NCBI RefSeq assembly: GCF_018977255.1
Contig: NW_024704742.1
Span: 89,096,001 to 89,160,000, forward strand
Source of the DNA: Callorhinchus milii
Lineage: Eukaryota
DNA: 64,000 nt
Direction: 5' to 3'
The notes below the pieces were generated by a model, which saw only the letters and a program-made list of their open reading frames with translations, was not told the origin of the DNA and ran no database searches. A program made the position numbers and the translations under genes. This document shows, one piece after another, positions 37,494 to 49,629 of this stretch; position 1 is the stretch's first letter, and the number at the start of each line of letters is the position of its first letter.

Positions 37494-39655
37494 ACAACAA
37501 CAACAACAAGATTCCATTTATAGAGCGCCTTTCACATCAGGAGGACGTCCCAAGGCGCTGTACAGTTGGGTCAGGACCCGAGCAGGGGGGAATGGTCAGG
37601 GTGAGGGGAGGGAAGGGAGGGAGCAAGGAGGGGGTAGAGAGTCGAGAGGGGAGCTGAAGGCATGGTCAAAGACAAAGGTCTTGAGACCGGCCTTGAAGGA
37701 GGAAAGGGAGGAGGCGGCGAAGGCACTGGGGGATGGAGTTCCAGAGCCTCGGGGCTGAGAGGCTGAAGGCCCGGCCACCGATGGTAGGGCGGTTGGGGCA
37801 GGGGATGTGGAGCAGACCGGAGCCAGAGGAACGGCGGGTACGGGCAGGTAGGTAGGGGGATAGTAGGTTGGAGAGGTAGGAGGGAGCGAGGCCGTGAATG
37901 GCCTTGTAGGTGAGGATGAGGATCTTGAATTCGATCCTCTGGGGGATGGGGAGCCAGTGGAGGCGAGCGAGGGTGGGAGTGATGTGGTCGCGAAGTCTGG
38001 TGCGGGACAGTACACGAGCTGCAGAGTTCTGAATGACCTGCAGCTTGTGGAGGGAGGTGCCGGGAAGGCCGGCGAGGAGAGAGTTCCCATAGTCCAGCCT
38101 TGAGGTGACAAAGGCGTGGACCAGAGTTTCAGCAGCGTGAGGGGTGAGGTAGTGCCGTAATCTGGCGATGTTCCGGAGGTGATGGAAGGCAGTGCCAGTT
38201 GTGGCGCGGATATGAGGGAGAAAGGACAGCTCAGGGTCGAACAGAACACCGAGGTTCCTGATCGGCTTTGAGAGGTGGAGAGTGCAGCCTTGGATGCTGA
38301 TGCTGTCAGCGCCTGAGGTGCGGAGGCGCTGACGTGAGCCAATCAGGAGGGCCTCAGTTTTGCGCACGTTGAGTTGAAGAAAGTTGTCTCTTGTCCAGGA
38401 CTCGATGTCGGACAGGCAGCTGTCAGGACATCGGTGGTCGTGGAGTTGAGGGTAGAGGAGGAAAGGTAGAGTTGGGTGTCATCCGCATACATGTGGAAGT
38501 TAACCCCATGTCTGCGGATGATGTCACCAAGGGGGAGCATATAGAGGGTGAAGAGGAGGGGACCGAGGACAGAGCCTTGAGGGATACCGCATGAGACAGT
38601 GCAGGAGCTGGAGGAAAAGCCATTCATGGAAACAAAGTGAAGACGGTGGGAGAGGTACTACCTAAACGACTCAAGGACAGTGCCTTGAAGGTTGAGGTGG
38701 GAGGACAAGCGGTGGAGGAGGATAGCGTGGTCGACCGTATCGAATGCTGCTGATAGGTCGAGGAGGACGAGGAGACAGAGGGAGCCCTGGTCACAGATGG
38801 TCAGGATATCATTGGTGACCTTGACCAGGGCAGTTTCTGTGCTATGGGCAGCACGGAAACCCGACTGAAGGGGTTCGAATAGTGAATGGGTGGAGAGGAA
38901 AGAGCGCAGCTGGGAGGGGACAACTCGTTCCAGGACCTTGGACAGAAAGGGGAGGTTGGAGATGGGCTGGTAGCTACATAGCTGTGATGCATCAAGGGAG
39001 GGTTTTTTCAAGGTGGGAGTGATGGTGGCAGTTTTTAAGGGAATGGGAATGGAGCCAGAGGAGAGGGACAGGTTGACGATGTCTCTGATATGTGGGGCAA
39101 GGAGGTGGAGCTGGGAGATAAGGAATGGAGTGGGGATGGGGTCAAGGGAGCAGGTGGTGGGTTTCAGGGATAGGATGAGTTTGGTGACAGAGGGTGGGGA
39201 AACGGGTACGAAGATGTGTAGGGGAGGATGGGTAGGAGTTGGAGTGTGGGAGGGAGGGGGTGGGGGGTGGGTGGATGTTGGAGGGGAAGTGACCGCAGAG
39301 CGAATTCCCTTGATTTTGGATTCAAGGAAATCCAGCATCTCCTCGCAGTGAAGGTTGGAGGAGATGACCTGCGCGGGGTGGCGGGGGGGACGGAGGAGTC
39401 GGGATGTGGTAGAAAACAGTAGCCTGGGGTTGTTCTTCGCCTCCAGGATTATCCTGGAGTAGAAGGACAACTTGGCCACGGCTAGAGTGGAGCGATAGAT
39501 TTTGAGGAGGTCCAGCCAGGTTTGTCTGTGGACCGTTAGGCCAGATTTGACGCAGGTGCGTTCAGCGGCCCGCACCTGGCTCTTCAGTGAGCGGAGGTGG
39601 GTGGTGAACCAGGGGGAGAAGCGAGAGTTGGTGAACCAGGGGGAGGAGCGAGAGT
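37494..39655 (-). mobile_element. Young 5'-truncated L2 LINE (~2.1 kb, RT domain to tail)
   Basis: ORFs 38658..39671, 38343..38627 and 37666..38367: [47 protein letters not shown]; (AAC)n tail at 37494. Confidence 0.96.
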
Positions 39656-39759
39656 ACCCCATTCGGTGCACCAGTGAGATCTATTTTGTGGTGTTTCTTA
39701 ATTGATTCCTTAATAAAGAATCCACAAATAAGACTTCTCCCAATAACCGCAAGTCATCT

Positions 39760-40900
39760 TGCATATGAGCAAGATGCATTATCCCATAGGAACTCCTCTC
39801 CAATGTTATCTACTTCCTGAGTAGAATCCCCGCATATATATGAGAATTCTGATGGGAATCCCTGTTAAAGAATTCCATGAAGAAATATTACAAATTACTC
39901 TATTATTATGTGAATTACATTAGCAAATTACATTGATACAACTGAAGATACATGGGCCAAAGCTACTATGCTTAGAGAGGAAAGTAAAACAAGTTAACCA
40001 TATTGGTTGAAGAAATATTATGGAAAAAAATCAAGATCTGAATTTGCCTACAAACAGGCACAGTCATAATAAAGAAAAACTTGCATTTATATAGGTGCTT
40101 GCATTTGGGGTGGAGTCTCAGAAGGCTTTAAGTGTCACTACATTTTACAGCGAAGTGCTTTGTCACATCCCTCTGATGTGAAAAGTGCTATACCAAATCT
40201 AAAAATTATTATTATTATAGAAAAACTCAAGAAGAATAAAAAATAATACTTTCAGATATTATTCAAGGCTGTAGAACAATTGATTATTGGTCAGCAGATA
40301 CATTGGTCATTCACTTCATGGTTGTTTGTGGACATTGCTTTATTTTCCTCTTTGTTTTCCCTTTCCAGTTTCGGACAATTGTAGCCCAAGCATTTTTAAT
40401 TGTGTCAATGCAATTCACATTATGGAATAATTTGTGGTATTTCTTTATGCAACTCTCTTCAAATTGACTGCATTCGCCTACGAATTACACAATCCTGAGA
40501 AACACTTTGAGACTTTTCAATGATGTGATTGGGCATTAGGTCCAATGCAGTGATTATCATCTTTACTGAATGCATGACCTGGTGTTACTAAACATTAAGA
40601 CGTACAGCGGTTGTCATGCTGTACTGTGGCTTAGAAATCATTCTCTTATCCTTGTAGAAGGAAGAACAGGGTTATCTTTTGCCCTTTGTATAGATGGTAG
40701 TGAAGGGCACTGTAAAATCTTGAGAGTAATTGAACACAACATTTTTGACATTCCATGAATTAGCCATGTTAACTGAAATTCAAAAGATAAATGATTTATG
40801 CCCGCGTGATTCGTGTAGTAAAATGATCACATTGTCAGCGAGGTTAATGAAGACGTTGGCTAACAGGATGAGTTCTTGCACAGAATGAATTGCTTTGTCT
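39760..40900 (+). pseudogene. L: Further hantavirid-like L remnant (lid/mid region; EVE-D)
   Basis: IIP*ELLSNVIYFLSRI (~39778; cf. IIPRNRDNLLVYLVRKL). ORF 40570..40758: DLVLLNI..LILVEG......ALC..KILRV (cf. ELGLDI..VVIVEG..SIC..KTIRV). Confidence 0.55.
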
Positions 40901-41984
40901 TAAACAGAGCTTAGGGAAGACATTAATCAGCAGATTTGGTGCAATACAAAGGCTGTGAAAAAAAGGATGAGGAAAGGGAGAGATCTCGGAATTAGGGAAG
41001 TATTAGTCTATTAATTGTCAAATATAGTCTATTACAAACATGGTCAAAGAACCAGCTGTACATCATTCTTTTGGGAACAAAGGTGCAAAGGCAAGCGGAT
41101 TCCTACTAAATATGGTCAAAATGCACCCTTTGTGCATCAAAAGGTGAATGTGCTCTGTGTTGCACGGCAATAAGCAGGATCACCATGGAAACCAACTCCT
41201 GGCATATCTCTACGACCACTAATTTGCAAGATACGCAAAAAGACTTTGTAAATAGCAAATCCCGGATGTCTCGTAGCCAACTCGCTGGTACGCTGCTGAG
41301 ACATTGACTTCATGGAAGCTTAGACCGGTGTCTCGGGGGGGCGTTCCTGAGCAACGACAACAACACATTCAGGATTATTAACATTATTCACGTCATGACT
41401 ATTATTCATATTATTATTATTCACTTTGTTGTTATTAATAATAATGATAATTACTATAATATTATTGAGTGTTATTAATAATAATCATCATCTTACATTA
41501 GTGTACATTACATTATTAATAATAATCTTTACATTAGTGTAGTTCCTGTTAGTACAGATTATTCATCAGTGGATTGGGGGGCAAATGTCACCATTTATTT
41601 CCATTTGACTGCGCTAAAATTAGCAAAACTGCTATCAACATCTATTCATGTAAGCGTTCGCTATATGTGAAAGACGCTGCAGCGAATGTACAGATTATTA
41701 TTATTATATTTTATTTCATTTTTATTTCATTTCCCCCAGTATTATCATTGTTCAGGGGCCGAATACAACAACAAGATTACATTTGTATAATGCCTTTCAT
41801 GTCGGGAGGACATCCCAAGGCGCTGGATAGAGTACAGCATTTCAGACCCGAGCTGGGGTCAGGGGGTGAGAAGGGATGGGTGGGGAAGGGGGGTGACTGA
41901 TGGCATGGTTGAAGAGGAGGGTTTTTGGGCAGGACTTGAAGGAGGCTATGAAGGGGGTGAGGCAGGGAGCGGCGCCAGGACAAC

Positions 41985-42140
41985 GTGGGGAGGAGCCTGG
42001 GCCCACCTCTCAGGTATTTAAACTCGACGCGGCAGGGAGTGCAGCACAGGGCTGTGGGGCTGAGGAGGGAATGGGTGGGGGCGGAGCGGGGGAACCACTG
42101 ACGTCATAGTTGTAGTTTTCAGGAGTGTGCGCGCGCAACA
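41985..42140. promoter_or_regulatory. Compact CpG-containing promoter-like motif cluster next to the L2 5' end
   Basis: TATTTAAA 42015-42022, GC box GGGGCGGAGC 42078-42087, CRE TGACGTCA 42099-42106, ACTACAA on the minus strand 42110-42116, GTGCGCGCGCA 42127-42137. Confidence 0.4.
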
Positions 42141-42149
42141 ACAACAAAA

Positions 42150-45100
42150 AATCCTGAGCCCCTCCCCCCCCCCAGGGCTCACATCAGGGCCCACCATGGT
42201 CCTGTTAGGTTGGCTGCCCCAGCCCCAGCCTATGGCATAATGTTTCCATCCACCTGACCGCTCGCTCCCGGTCCCTGCGTGAGCAATACGGCTGCCGCTA
42301 TGACCCTCACCCCTTCCCTCCCTCCTCCCTCCTCTCTACCCCCAAACCCTCCCCCCTCTGCATCTCTCCCGCTCTCTCCTCCGTCCCTCTCTCCTTCTAT
42401 CCCCACTTGACCCTACCACAACCTCCCTCTGTTCCAGCCTGGGAATCCTCCGCCGGGCTCACCGTGGCACTCGGCGTTGGCTGTCCAGCAGCAGCCACAC
42501 CGACTCCCCCATTCCCCACCACACTCGCCAGCCACCCCGGACACAGACCCGGGGAGCCAACCTCTCCTCCCTCATCCCCATTCCCCCACCCCTGCCTCAC
42601 AACCTGGACCCCCTCCCCTCCCACACACCCTTCTGTCAACCGCTCCATCCACATCGGACTACAAAACGTCCGCTCCCTCTGTAACAAGGCCCTGGTCATC
42701 AACAATCTCATCCTTGATGAGTGCGTTGACTTCATGGCCTTAACGGAAACCTGGCTCACCCCAGGTGACACCTTCCCCCTCACGGAGACCACACCACCCG
42801 GCTACACCTCCCACCACATCCCTCGCTCCAACCGCCGTGGCGGTGGTGTTGCCCTTATCTCAAGGACACCACTTGCCCTATCCCCCTACTCCTCTGGCTC
42901 TTTCCCCTTTTTTGAGCACCTCACCCTCTCCCACCCCTCCTTCCTCTCACTTAAAATCCTCCTCCTCTACCGGCCCCCTAAAACCTCTCCCACCTTTATC
43001 TCTGATATTTCGACACTTCTCACATCTCTCTGCCTCTGCTCTGATCGCCTCATCATCCTGGGCGACTTCAACCTGCACTTCACCCCCTCCTGCTCAATCT
43101 CCTCAGATTTCTCTTCCCTGCTCTCCTCGCTCAACCTCTCCCTCCACATCAACTCCCCCACTCACAGTCACGGCCACCCACTCGACTTGGTGATCACCCG
43201 GGGCCTCAGTGTCTCGGATGTCACTATCACCGACAAGGCCGTCTCCGACCACCACTTCATCTCCTTCACCACCTCCACCCCCCTCCCCACCTCCACCAGA
43301 CCCACCACCATCTTCTACCGCCCCTGGAAGAAGTTACCCCCTCAATCCCTAACCGCTGCCTTGGAGTCCTCTGAACTCCTCTCCCTCTGGCCTTCAACCC
43401 TCACTGACCCCTCTTCTGCTCTCACCCTCCTCCACAACACCCTCTCCTCCACACTTGACACTCTTGCTCCATCACCTCCCGTACTGTCTCCTACTCTCGC
43501 TCCTTCCCCTGGTTCACCACCCACCTCCGCTCACTGAAGAGCCAGGTGTGGGCCGCTGAACGCACCTGGGTCAAATCTGGCCTAACGGTCCACCGACAAA
43601 TCTGGCTGGACCTCCTCAAAATCTACCGCTCCACTCTAGCCTCGGCCAAATCGTCCTTCTACTCCAGGATAATCCTGGAGGCGAAGGACAACCCCAGGCT
43701 ACTGTTCTCTACCACATCCCGACTCCTCCGTCCCCCCCGCCACCCCGCGCAGGTCATCTCCTCCAACCTTCACTGCGAGGAGATGCTGGATTTCCTTGAA
43801 TCCAAGATCAAGGGAATTCGCTCCGCGGTCACTTCCCCTCCAATCCACCCACCCCCACCCCTTCCCTCCCACACTCCGACTCCTACCCATCCTCCCCTAC
43901 ACACTTTCGTACCCGTTTCCCCACCCTCTGTCACCAAACTCATCCTATCCCTGAAACCCACCACCTGCTCCCTTGACCCCATCCCCACTCCACTCCTTAT
44001 CTCCCAGCTCCACCTTCTTGCCCCACATATCAGAGACATCATCAACCTGTCCCTCTCCTCTGGCTCTATTCCCAATCCCTTAAAAACTGCCACCATCACT
44101 CCCACCTTAAAAAAACCCTCCCTTGATGCGTCGCAGCTATCAAGCTACCGGCCCATCTCCAACCTCCCCTTTCTGTCCAAGGTCCTGGAACGAGTTGTCG
44201 CCTCCCAGCTGCGCTCTTTCCTCTCCACCCATTCACTATTCGAACCCCTTCAGTCGGGTTTCCGTGCTGCCCATAGAACAGAAACTGCCCTGGTCAAGGT
44301 CATCAATGACGTCCTGACCATCTGTGACCAGGGCTCCGTCTGCCTCCTCGACCTATCGGCAGCATTCGATACGGTCAACCACGCTATCCTACTCCACCGC
44401 TTGTCCTCCCACCTAAACCTTCAAGGCCCTGTCCTTGAGTGGTTTAGGTCGTACCTCTCCCACCGTCTTCACTTTGTCTCCACAAATGGTTTTTCCTCCG
44501 GCCCCCGCACTGTCTCGTGCGGTGTCCCTCAAGGCTCTGTCCTCGGTCCCCTCCTCTTCACCCTCTATATGCTCCCCCTTGGTGACATCATCCGCAGACA
44601 TGGGGTTAACTTCCACATGTATGCGGATGACACCCAACTCTACCTTTCCTCCTCTACCCTCAACTCCACGACCACCGATGTCCTGACAGCTGCCTGTCCG
44701 ACATCGAGTCCTGGACGAGAGACAACTTTCTTCAGCTCAACGTACGCAAAACTGAGGCCCTCCTGATTGGCTCACGTCAGCGCCTCCGCACCTCAGGCGC
44801 TGACAGCATCAGCATCCAAGGCTGCACTCTCCACCTCTCAAAGCCAGTCAGGAACCTCGGGTTCTGTTCGACCCTGAGCTGTCCTTTCTCCCTCATGTCC
44901 GCACCACAACTGGCACCGCCTTCCATCACCTCCGGAATATCGCCAGACTACGGCACTACCTCACCCCTCACGCTGCTGAAATCCTGGTCCACGCCTTTAT
45001 CACCTCAAGGCTGGACTATGGGAACTCTCTCCTCGCCGGCCTTCCCGGTACCTCCCTCCACAAGCTGCAGGTCATTCAGAACTCTGCAGCTCGTGTACTG

Positions 45101-45612
45101 TCCCGCACCAGGCTTCGGGACCACATCACTCCCACCCTCGCTCGCCTCCACTGGCTCCCCATCCCCCAGAGGATCGAATTCAAGATCCTCATCCTCACCT
45201 ACAAGGCCATTCACGGCCTTGCTCCCTCCTACCTCTTTGACCTACTATCCCCCTACCTACCTGCCCGTACCCTCCGTTCCTCTGGCTCCGGTCTGCTCCA
45301 CATCCCCCGCCCCAACCGCCCTACCATCGGTGGCCGGGCCTTCAGCCTCTCAGCCCCGAGGCTCTGGAACTCTATCCCCCAGTGCCTTCGCCGCCTCCTC
45401 CCTTTCCTCCTTCAAGGCCTGTCTCAAGACCTTTCTCTTTGACCGTGCCTTCAGCTCTCCTCTCGACTCTCTACCCTCTCCTCGCTCCCTCCCTTCCCTC
45501 CCCTCACCCTGACCATTTCCCCCTGCTCGGGTCCTGACCCAACTGTACAGCACCTTGGGACATGCTCCCAACGTGAAAGGCGCTCAATAAATGGAATCTT
45601 GTTGTTGTTGTT
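42150..45612 (+). mobile_element. Near-full-length L2 LINE: APE endonuclease + reverse transcriptase ORF2 with frameshifts
   Basis: EN motifs IGLQNVRSL, ALTETWL, RRGGGVA, LYRPP, LGDFN, PTH..GH.LDLV, SDH (ORF 42407..43537). RT motifs [40 protein letters not shown] (43546..44766). (TTG)n tail at 45599-45612. Confidence 0.97.
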
Positions 45613-46008
45613 GAGGCGGAGTGATTTAGGGATGGAATTCCAGAGGTTGGGGCAGAGGGGCTGAAGGCTCTCCCGCCAATGGTGGGGCGGGTGGGTTGGG
45701 GGATATGGAGCAGGCTGAGGCCGCTGAGCGGAGGCAGCGGGCGGGTTGGTAGGGGTTTAGGAGGTCACAGAGGTAGGGTGGGGCGAGGCCATGCAGGGCT
45801 TTGTAGGTGAGGACCACTCACCTACTGGATTCTCTGAAGGACAGGGGGCCAATGGAGTCGAGTGAGAATGGGGGAGATGGAGTCACGGAGTTTGATGCGG
45901 AAGAGGACACGGGCTGCAGATTTCTGGATTATCTGCAGCCTGTGGAGGGAGGTCTTGGGAAGGCCAACAAGCAGGGCATTTGCATAGTCGAGCCTGGAGG
46001 TGACAATA
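45613..46008 (-). mobile_element. L2 fragment
   Basis: IVTSRLDYANALL..QIIQKSAAR..RLHWPP and LTYKALHGLAPPYL. Confidence 0.85.
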
Positions 46009-46589
46009 AGTTTTAACTGAAACGTTACATAGATTTTCTTTTCTTTTATTATTTTATTCATCCAGTGTGATACTTCTACAAATTCCACCTGGGTTCAGAA
46101 TTAGTCTATTAATGTAACATTTCAGAGGACGCAGAACTCGTCAAATTGTTAAAATTTTGTTTTCACTCTGAAGCTCATTTTCTGTGGTTCTTAAAAAAAT
46201 GTACGGAAAAGCAACTTTAAAATTAAGAATGGTATTTGACAAAAATTCTGAATGCTCTATTCTGACCGGCTGTGTTAAAAGAGTAAATCTGAACCCAGGT
46301 AAAATTCCTACCCATTCATTCTTTGAGTGAAGAGAACAGAGAATATTATTGTTAATATTAACAGGCGGACAATAAGCTGTTGGACATTTTCCAATGCCAT
46401 ATGGCACACTTCTCCCATGAAGCAATGTATAGGAGCTGCCTGGCTTGTCTCCTCCCCCCTCGTATATTCTCCTGCCATGTCAAGACTGGCAGGAGAACCC
46501 ACAACCTCTTACTGAGTTGCATATTATTGCTGGTGTAAGCAGGGTATTCAATTTTCATTATGTTCTTAAATTAATGACTTGATCTAGAT

Positions 46590-47050
46590 TGTGTTAGCTT
46601 GACTTAGGATGTAGCACATTTGCTTCTGGATCAGAAGGCTTTGGGTTCTAACCTTGCGTTTAGAGATTGATTTTAATAAACTTGGCTGATAATCCAACAC
46701 AGGACTGAATGAGTGTTGTGCTGCATTGTTGAAGATGCTCCACTTCAGATGAGACATTAAAACCGAGATCCTGTCTGCCCATTTCAGATTGACCTTAAAG
46801 ATACAATACTTCAATAGAGAAGGAAGTTTTCACAAAGTCCTGTCCAACATTCTTTCCACGTACAAATCATCCCCACCTTCCCAAAGCACAGGATAAACAT
46901 GTCCATTAATCTCATTGTTGTTTATAGAATGTTACTGGTGCCGAGTAGCTGTCACGTAACAAAAATGATCACTCCCTATTGTGTGAAGCTCTGTGAACCA
47001 TTTCAGCTTGATAGAGTGTTATATCACATGCTGGTATTATTATCTATTAT
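46590..47050 (+). mobile_element. Deu-type tRNA SINE inserted in the N remnant
   Basis: tcagaaggctttgggttc head, gatgagacattaaaaccgagatcctgtctgccc core and (TTA)n tail. Confidence 0.8.
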
Positions 47051-47386
47051 TGTAGAGAGTGCAGTATAAAATCAATTTAACTTTAGAGATTCCAAAAGGT
47101 GTTGAATGGGAACATACCTGATTGTCTTAAAAGCTCCTTTCTGCCAGCATCATTCTCAATGACAAAATCTGTGAAACTGTCTTTTTATCTGGGAGATGGA
47201 AACCAGGTCTACTGACAGGACAGAAGCCTCCTCTGCCTGCTGGCTGTAAGGGCCATGTGCGAAATATATTCAGGCTGTCTCAACCCAGTTCCCAGGGAAT
47301 GTAACTCCACAGGATAAAACCTGCAAGTAATTTGGATGAAATTGGCTACCTCATTGATAAGGGCCTGGGGATAGAGGGAATGAAAG

Positions 47387-48035
47387 CAACAACAACAACG
47401 TGTACTTATATAGAACCCTCCATGCAGCGTAATGTCTCAGAGAGCTTAACAGTGGCGAGCCTGACTTTGAGCGGGGGGTCTGTGGAGGTGGTTGTAAGCA
47501 CGGTCGAAAAGGAAGGTTTTCAGGTGGACTTCAAAAAGGGGAGACAGGGGACAAGGCGTGGGGATTGAGGGAGAGTGTTCCAGTTTTAGGACATAGTGGC
47601 TGAAAGTGTAACCTCCGATAGTGGAGTGGAGGGTGCGAAGGACAAGCAGGAGCCCAGAGCCAGTCGAGCGGAGGTGCCTTGTGGTGGATTGGAGAGGTAG
47701 GGAGGTGCCAGAGAGTGAAGGGATTTGAACACAAGTGTGAGGGTCTTGAAATCAATCTGTTTGATAATGGTGAGCTAGTGGAGCCTGGCCAGAAATGGTG
47801 AGATGGTGTATGGAGTTTGGTCCGGGTAAGTACGTGGGCAACAGAGTTCTGAATGAGCTGGATTTTTTGAATAGTGGAGATGGGGAGACCATCGAGCAGT
47901 GCATTTGAGTAATCCAGGCAGGAGGTGAGAAATGCATGCACAAGGGTGTCAGCTGCATATGGGGTAAGATATGGTCGGAGGCGGGGGAGGAAGGACAGCT
48001 GGGGGTCAAACCGGACACCAAGATTGCAAAAAATG
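47387..48035 (-). mobile_element. L2 3' fragment inserted in the N remnant
   Basis: NLGVRFDPQLSF..LVHAFLTSCLDYSNALL..IQLIQNS; (AAC)n tail at 47387. Confidence 0.87.
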
Positions 48036-48689
48036 TCACTCTGGTACACTACTGCATCTCGATAATATCCTTGAGCCTCAACTTTTATGCTGCTTTACTC
48101 TGTAATTAACCATACTGTGCTAGCCATGGCAGAGCTTGCGAACACATATTTCTAAGTGTTACAGGTTATTTTTCCAAAACCAAGCTTCCAAAGACTGTTT
48201 GCGCTACTGATGTGTTGATCTAACAAGAGAGGCCTTTGGTCCTTCTGATCCCAACTATCCAAAACACAGGCTAAATGTGCTGAAGATCAGATACAGATTC
48301 TAAACCAAGGTTCCTTCTGCCTGTTTGGGTGGATGTTAAAGTTCTTATGGCACCATTCGAAAAGAGAAACGAGTTTCTTCTGGTGTTCTGACCAATAATC
48401 CCCCAGATAAAACTGATCATTCACTTCATGGTTGCTTGTGGGTCATTGCTGTGTCTAAATTAGCTGCCGCATTCATCTGTGTAAACATACACTGTCACTG
48501 CACTTTACAAGAAACTTTGTGAGATATTATATATATATTGTATCAAAATGCAAGGATTATTTGAGTTGGAGGAGTCACACCTACAATCCTTTTAAATCTT
48601 AAATAATTCAAATTTTAATTAAATTTTCTAGTCCTGAAATAGTTTTGTATTTTCTGTATTCGAGAAATCTTTTGGGGCCAGCAAGTTTC

Positions 48690-49060
48690 CTGCATGTTTA
48701 AGCAAGAGGTTTCCCTCCAGTATCCTAAAGACCTGTCTCAACTGGAGGAAGGTCACTCCTTCAAAAGACAACGAAGACCAAAGTATCATTAAATGAAATC
48801 AGAGATTTACTGTAAACAAGTAATTCACAAGATTATTTAAAAAGCAGATAGAAACTGCGATGGGAGGACAGTAGGGTGGGAAGGATGAGATCAAGTGGGC
48901 CGAAGGGCCTTCTTCATCCAAACCAACGTTGTGACCTCGTGAACATTCGTAGACGTTTTACTTCTTGTCAATAAGATTGCACCCTTGGGTCCTACAACCC
49001 TAGTTGTGCATGAAAGAAAAATCTATTTCCCTTCAATAAATATATATTTTATTGAATTCT
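48690..49060 (+). pseudogene. L: Hantavirid-like L block (upstream of the fingers domain), EVE-B, plus orientation
   Basis: QY..DL..LEEGHSF-x14-IYCKQV (cf. QYGD..LKEGYTI..LFCQEV) and PWVLQP*LCMKEKSISLQ (cf. HWDKPYFSQTRNISLK). A CR1-like tail is inserted at ~48860-48935. Confidence 0.68.
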
Positions 49061-49629
49061 CTTTGTCCCAAAGAGTGTGCTGTTTACTGAAGGTTACATA
49101 GAATTACATAATAATAACATACATAGACTGGTACGACACAGAAACAGGCCACTCAGCTCAACTAGTCTATGCTGGTGTTTCTCCTCCACATGAGTCTCTC
49201 ATCCACATTCCCCCTGCCCTCTATTCGCTTCTCCATTATGTATGCATGACATTTTTTCTTATATACATTGATGTTTTTGCTTCAACCATATTCTCACCAC
49301 CCTCTATATGCCTGTCAGACATCAAGTCCTGGATGCGAGCTAACTTTCTACAGTTGAACATCATCAAAACTAAAGCTCTCCTAATTAATTCACGTCAATG
49401 CCTCCTCACCTCAGGCGCTGACAGCATCACCATCCAAGGATGCACACTCCACCTTACTAAGCCAGTCCGGACCCTTGGCGTCTTGCTTGACCCTCAACTA
49501 TCGTTTCTACCTGCTTCTCATCCCCACCTCGCCTGCCCCAGCATTGACGGGTGGGCCTTCTACCACTCCGCCTCCATCCTCTGCAACCCCATTCCGCAGT
49601 CTCTCTCAAATATTTATGTCTTCTAGATT

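Larger units (their letters stand above)
46200..48600 (+). pseudogene. N: Nearly complete hantavirid-like nucleocapsid gene remnant (EVE), split by two SINEs and one L2
   Basis: EKQL, VNLNP, MPYGTLL (cf. LRYGNVL), EPT, F.....LK; NGNIPDCLKSSFLPASFSMTKSVKL (47105; cf. [25 protein letters not shown]); GRWK..G..P..VRNIF (47257); DNILEPQLLCCF; VLAMAELA...F*VLQ (48126; cf. VAGMAELGAFFSILQ); ASK/KTV; SQLSKTQAKCAEDQ (48249; cf. SYLRRTQSMGIQLDQ). Confidence 0.85.

Noticed and set aside
41370..41545. AT-rich repeat as a structured array
   Set aside because: Low-complexity (TAA/TTA) sequence with one short duplication and no repeat-spacer regularity. No CRISPR-like array was seen anywhere in the window.
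37596..45571. Long Pro/Ser-rich or Gly-rich ORFs as host genes
   Set aside because: They are alternative or antisense frames of the C-rich L2 copies.
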